A DNA stretch of 64,000 nt. It comes from Acanthaster planci. Taxonomy: Eukaryota. Location of the stretch: NCBI RefSeq assembly GCF_001949145.1, contig NW_019091360.1, positions 3,408,864 to 3,472,863 of the forward strand, read 5' to 3'. Below are positions 63,414 through 64,000 of the stretch, one piece after another (the stretch's first letter is position 1; every line of letters begins with the position of its first letter). The translations under genes were made by a program, and so were the position numbers. Under the pieces are notes generated by a model. The model made no database searches, was not told where the DNA came from, and saw only the letters and a list, made by a program, of their open reading frames with translations.

Positions 63414-64000
63414 CGCATGGACGCGCTCGATCTCCCGTCGGCCTATCGGTGATCTGAGGGGGTTTCTATAGCGGGCAATCGGCTTAATGCTCGCTATACA
63501 ATTAGAATATCAATAGACTAGCTAGGTATCGAACTCAGTAAGTCACGCGCGGCAACAAAAAAGACGATGACTTGAGTCGAATCACAGGCCGTGCCGCACC
63601 GTCCATGAACAACTTGTCGTCCTGGTCCAACAATGGGTTTTTGTGCACGTGAAAGCCGGCAGAGATGACCACGCTGGCCATAAAATTCAAAAGTAAACTT
63701 GAGATGACAATCAGTGTACCATCCATAAACCCCTGCTTGACACAAGGGGGATAGAACTCGATTGCTGGGCCACAGAGATTTCAAAGAAATGTCGTGGTTG
63801 TGTTGGGACTTGTGTTGGGCCAGTTACACTGTACCGAAAGACAGCCCAATGGCGATTGCAAAACTTGCCACGTGGTAGTCTACAACTTATCGGCCCAATC
63901 TACCAGCTTGTTTCCTCCATCAACAAGGGGATATGTACATGTACATTCCTCAAAACTTTCTTAATCTTTCCAGTCGATCTTGGGCTTAGCCCAAATCCCG

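Overview
Eukaryotic (animal) genomic DNA with one 568-N assembly gap. No prokaryotic genes, rRNA or CRISPR arrays were found. The one clearly recognisable gene is a complete, minus-strand, five-coding-exon Wnt3 gene: join of 63146-63058, 46176-45935, 45605-45466, 44914-44765 and 44401-43922, totalling 1101 nt or 366 aa. All introns are GT-AG and their phases are consistent. It has a 16.9-kb first intron, a TATA box and an AU-rich 3' region. Wnt3 is generally absent from protostomes, so a deuterostome or cnidarian source is inferred; the repeats suggest to me an invertebrate deuterostome such as an echinoderm, which is unverified. The window splits into two compositional domains at about 34.4 kb. 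The left domain is CpG-poor and heavily loaded with the palindrome TACATGTA. It begins at a candidate signal-peptide first exon of a second, unidentified minus-strand gene (34433-34373), so it is probably that gene's methylated intron. The right domain (Wnt3 and flanks) retains CpG. CTCF-like motifs sit near the transition. Many short non-autonomous DNA transposons with readable TIRs and TSDs (Tc1/pogo-, Sola-, ISL2EU-, hAT- and piggyBac-like), two tRNA-derived SINE relics and a decayed LINE RT fragment are present. I found no convincing new protein-coding system; the most interesting signals are regulatory and architectural.
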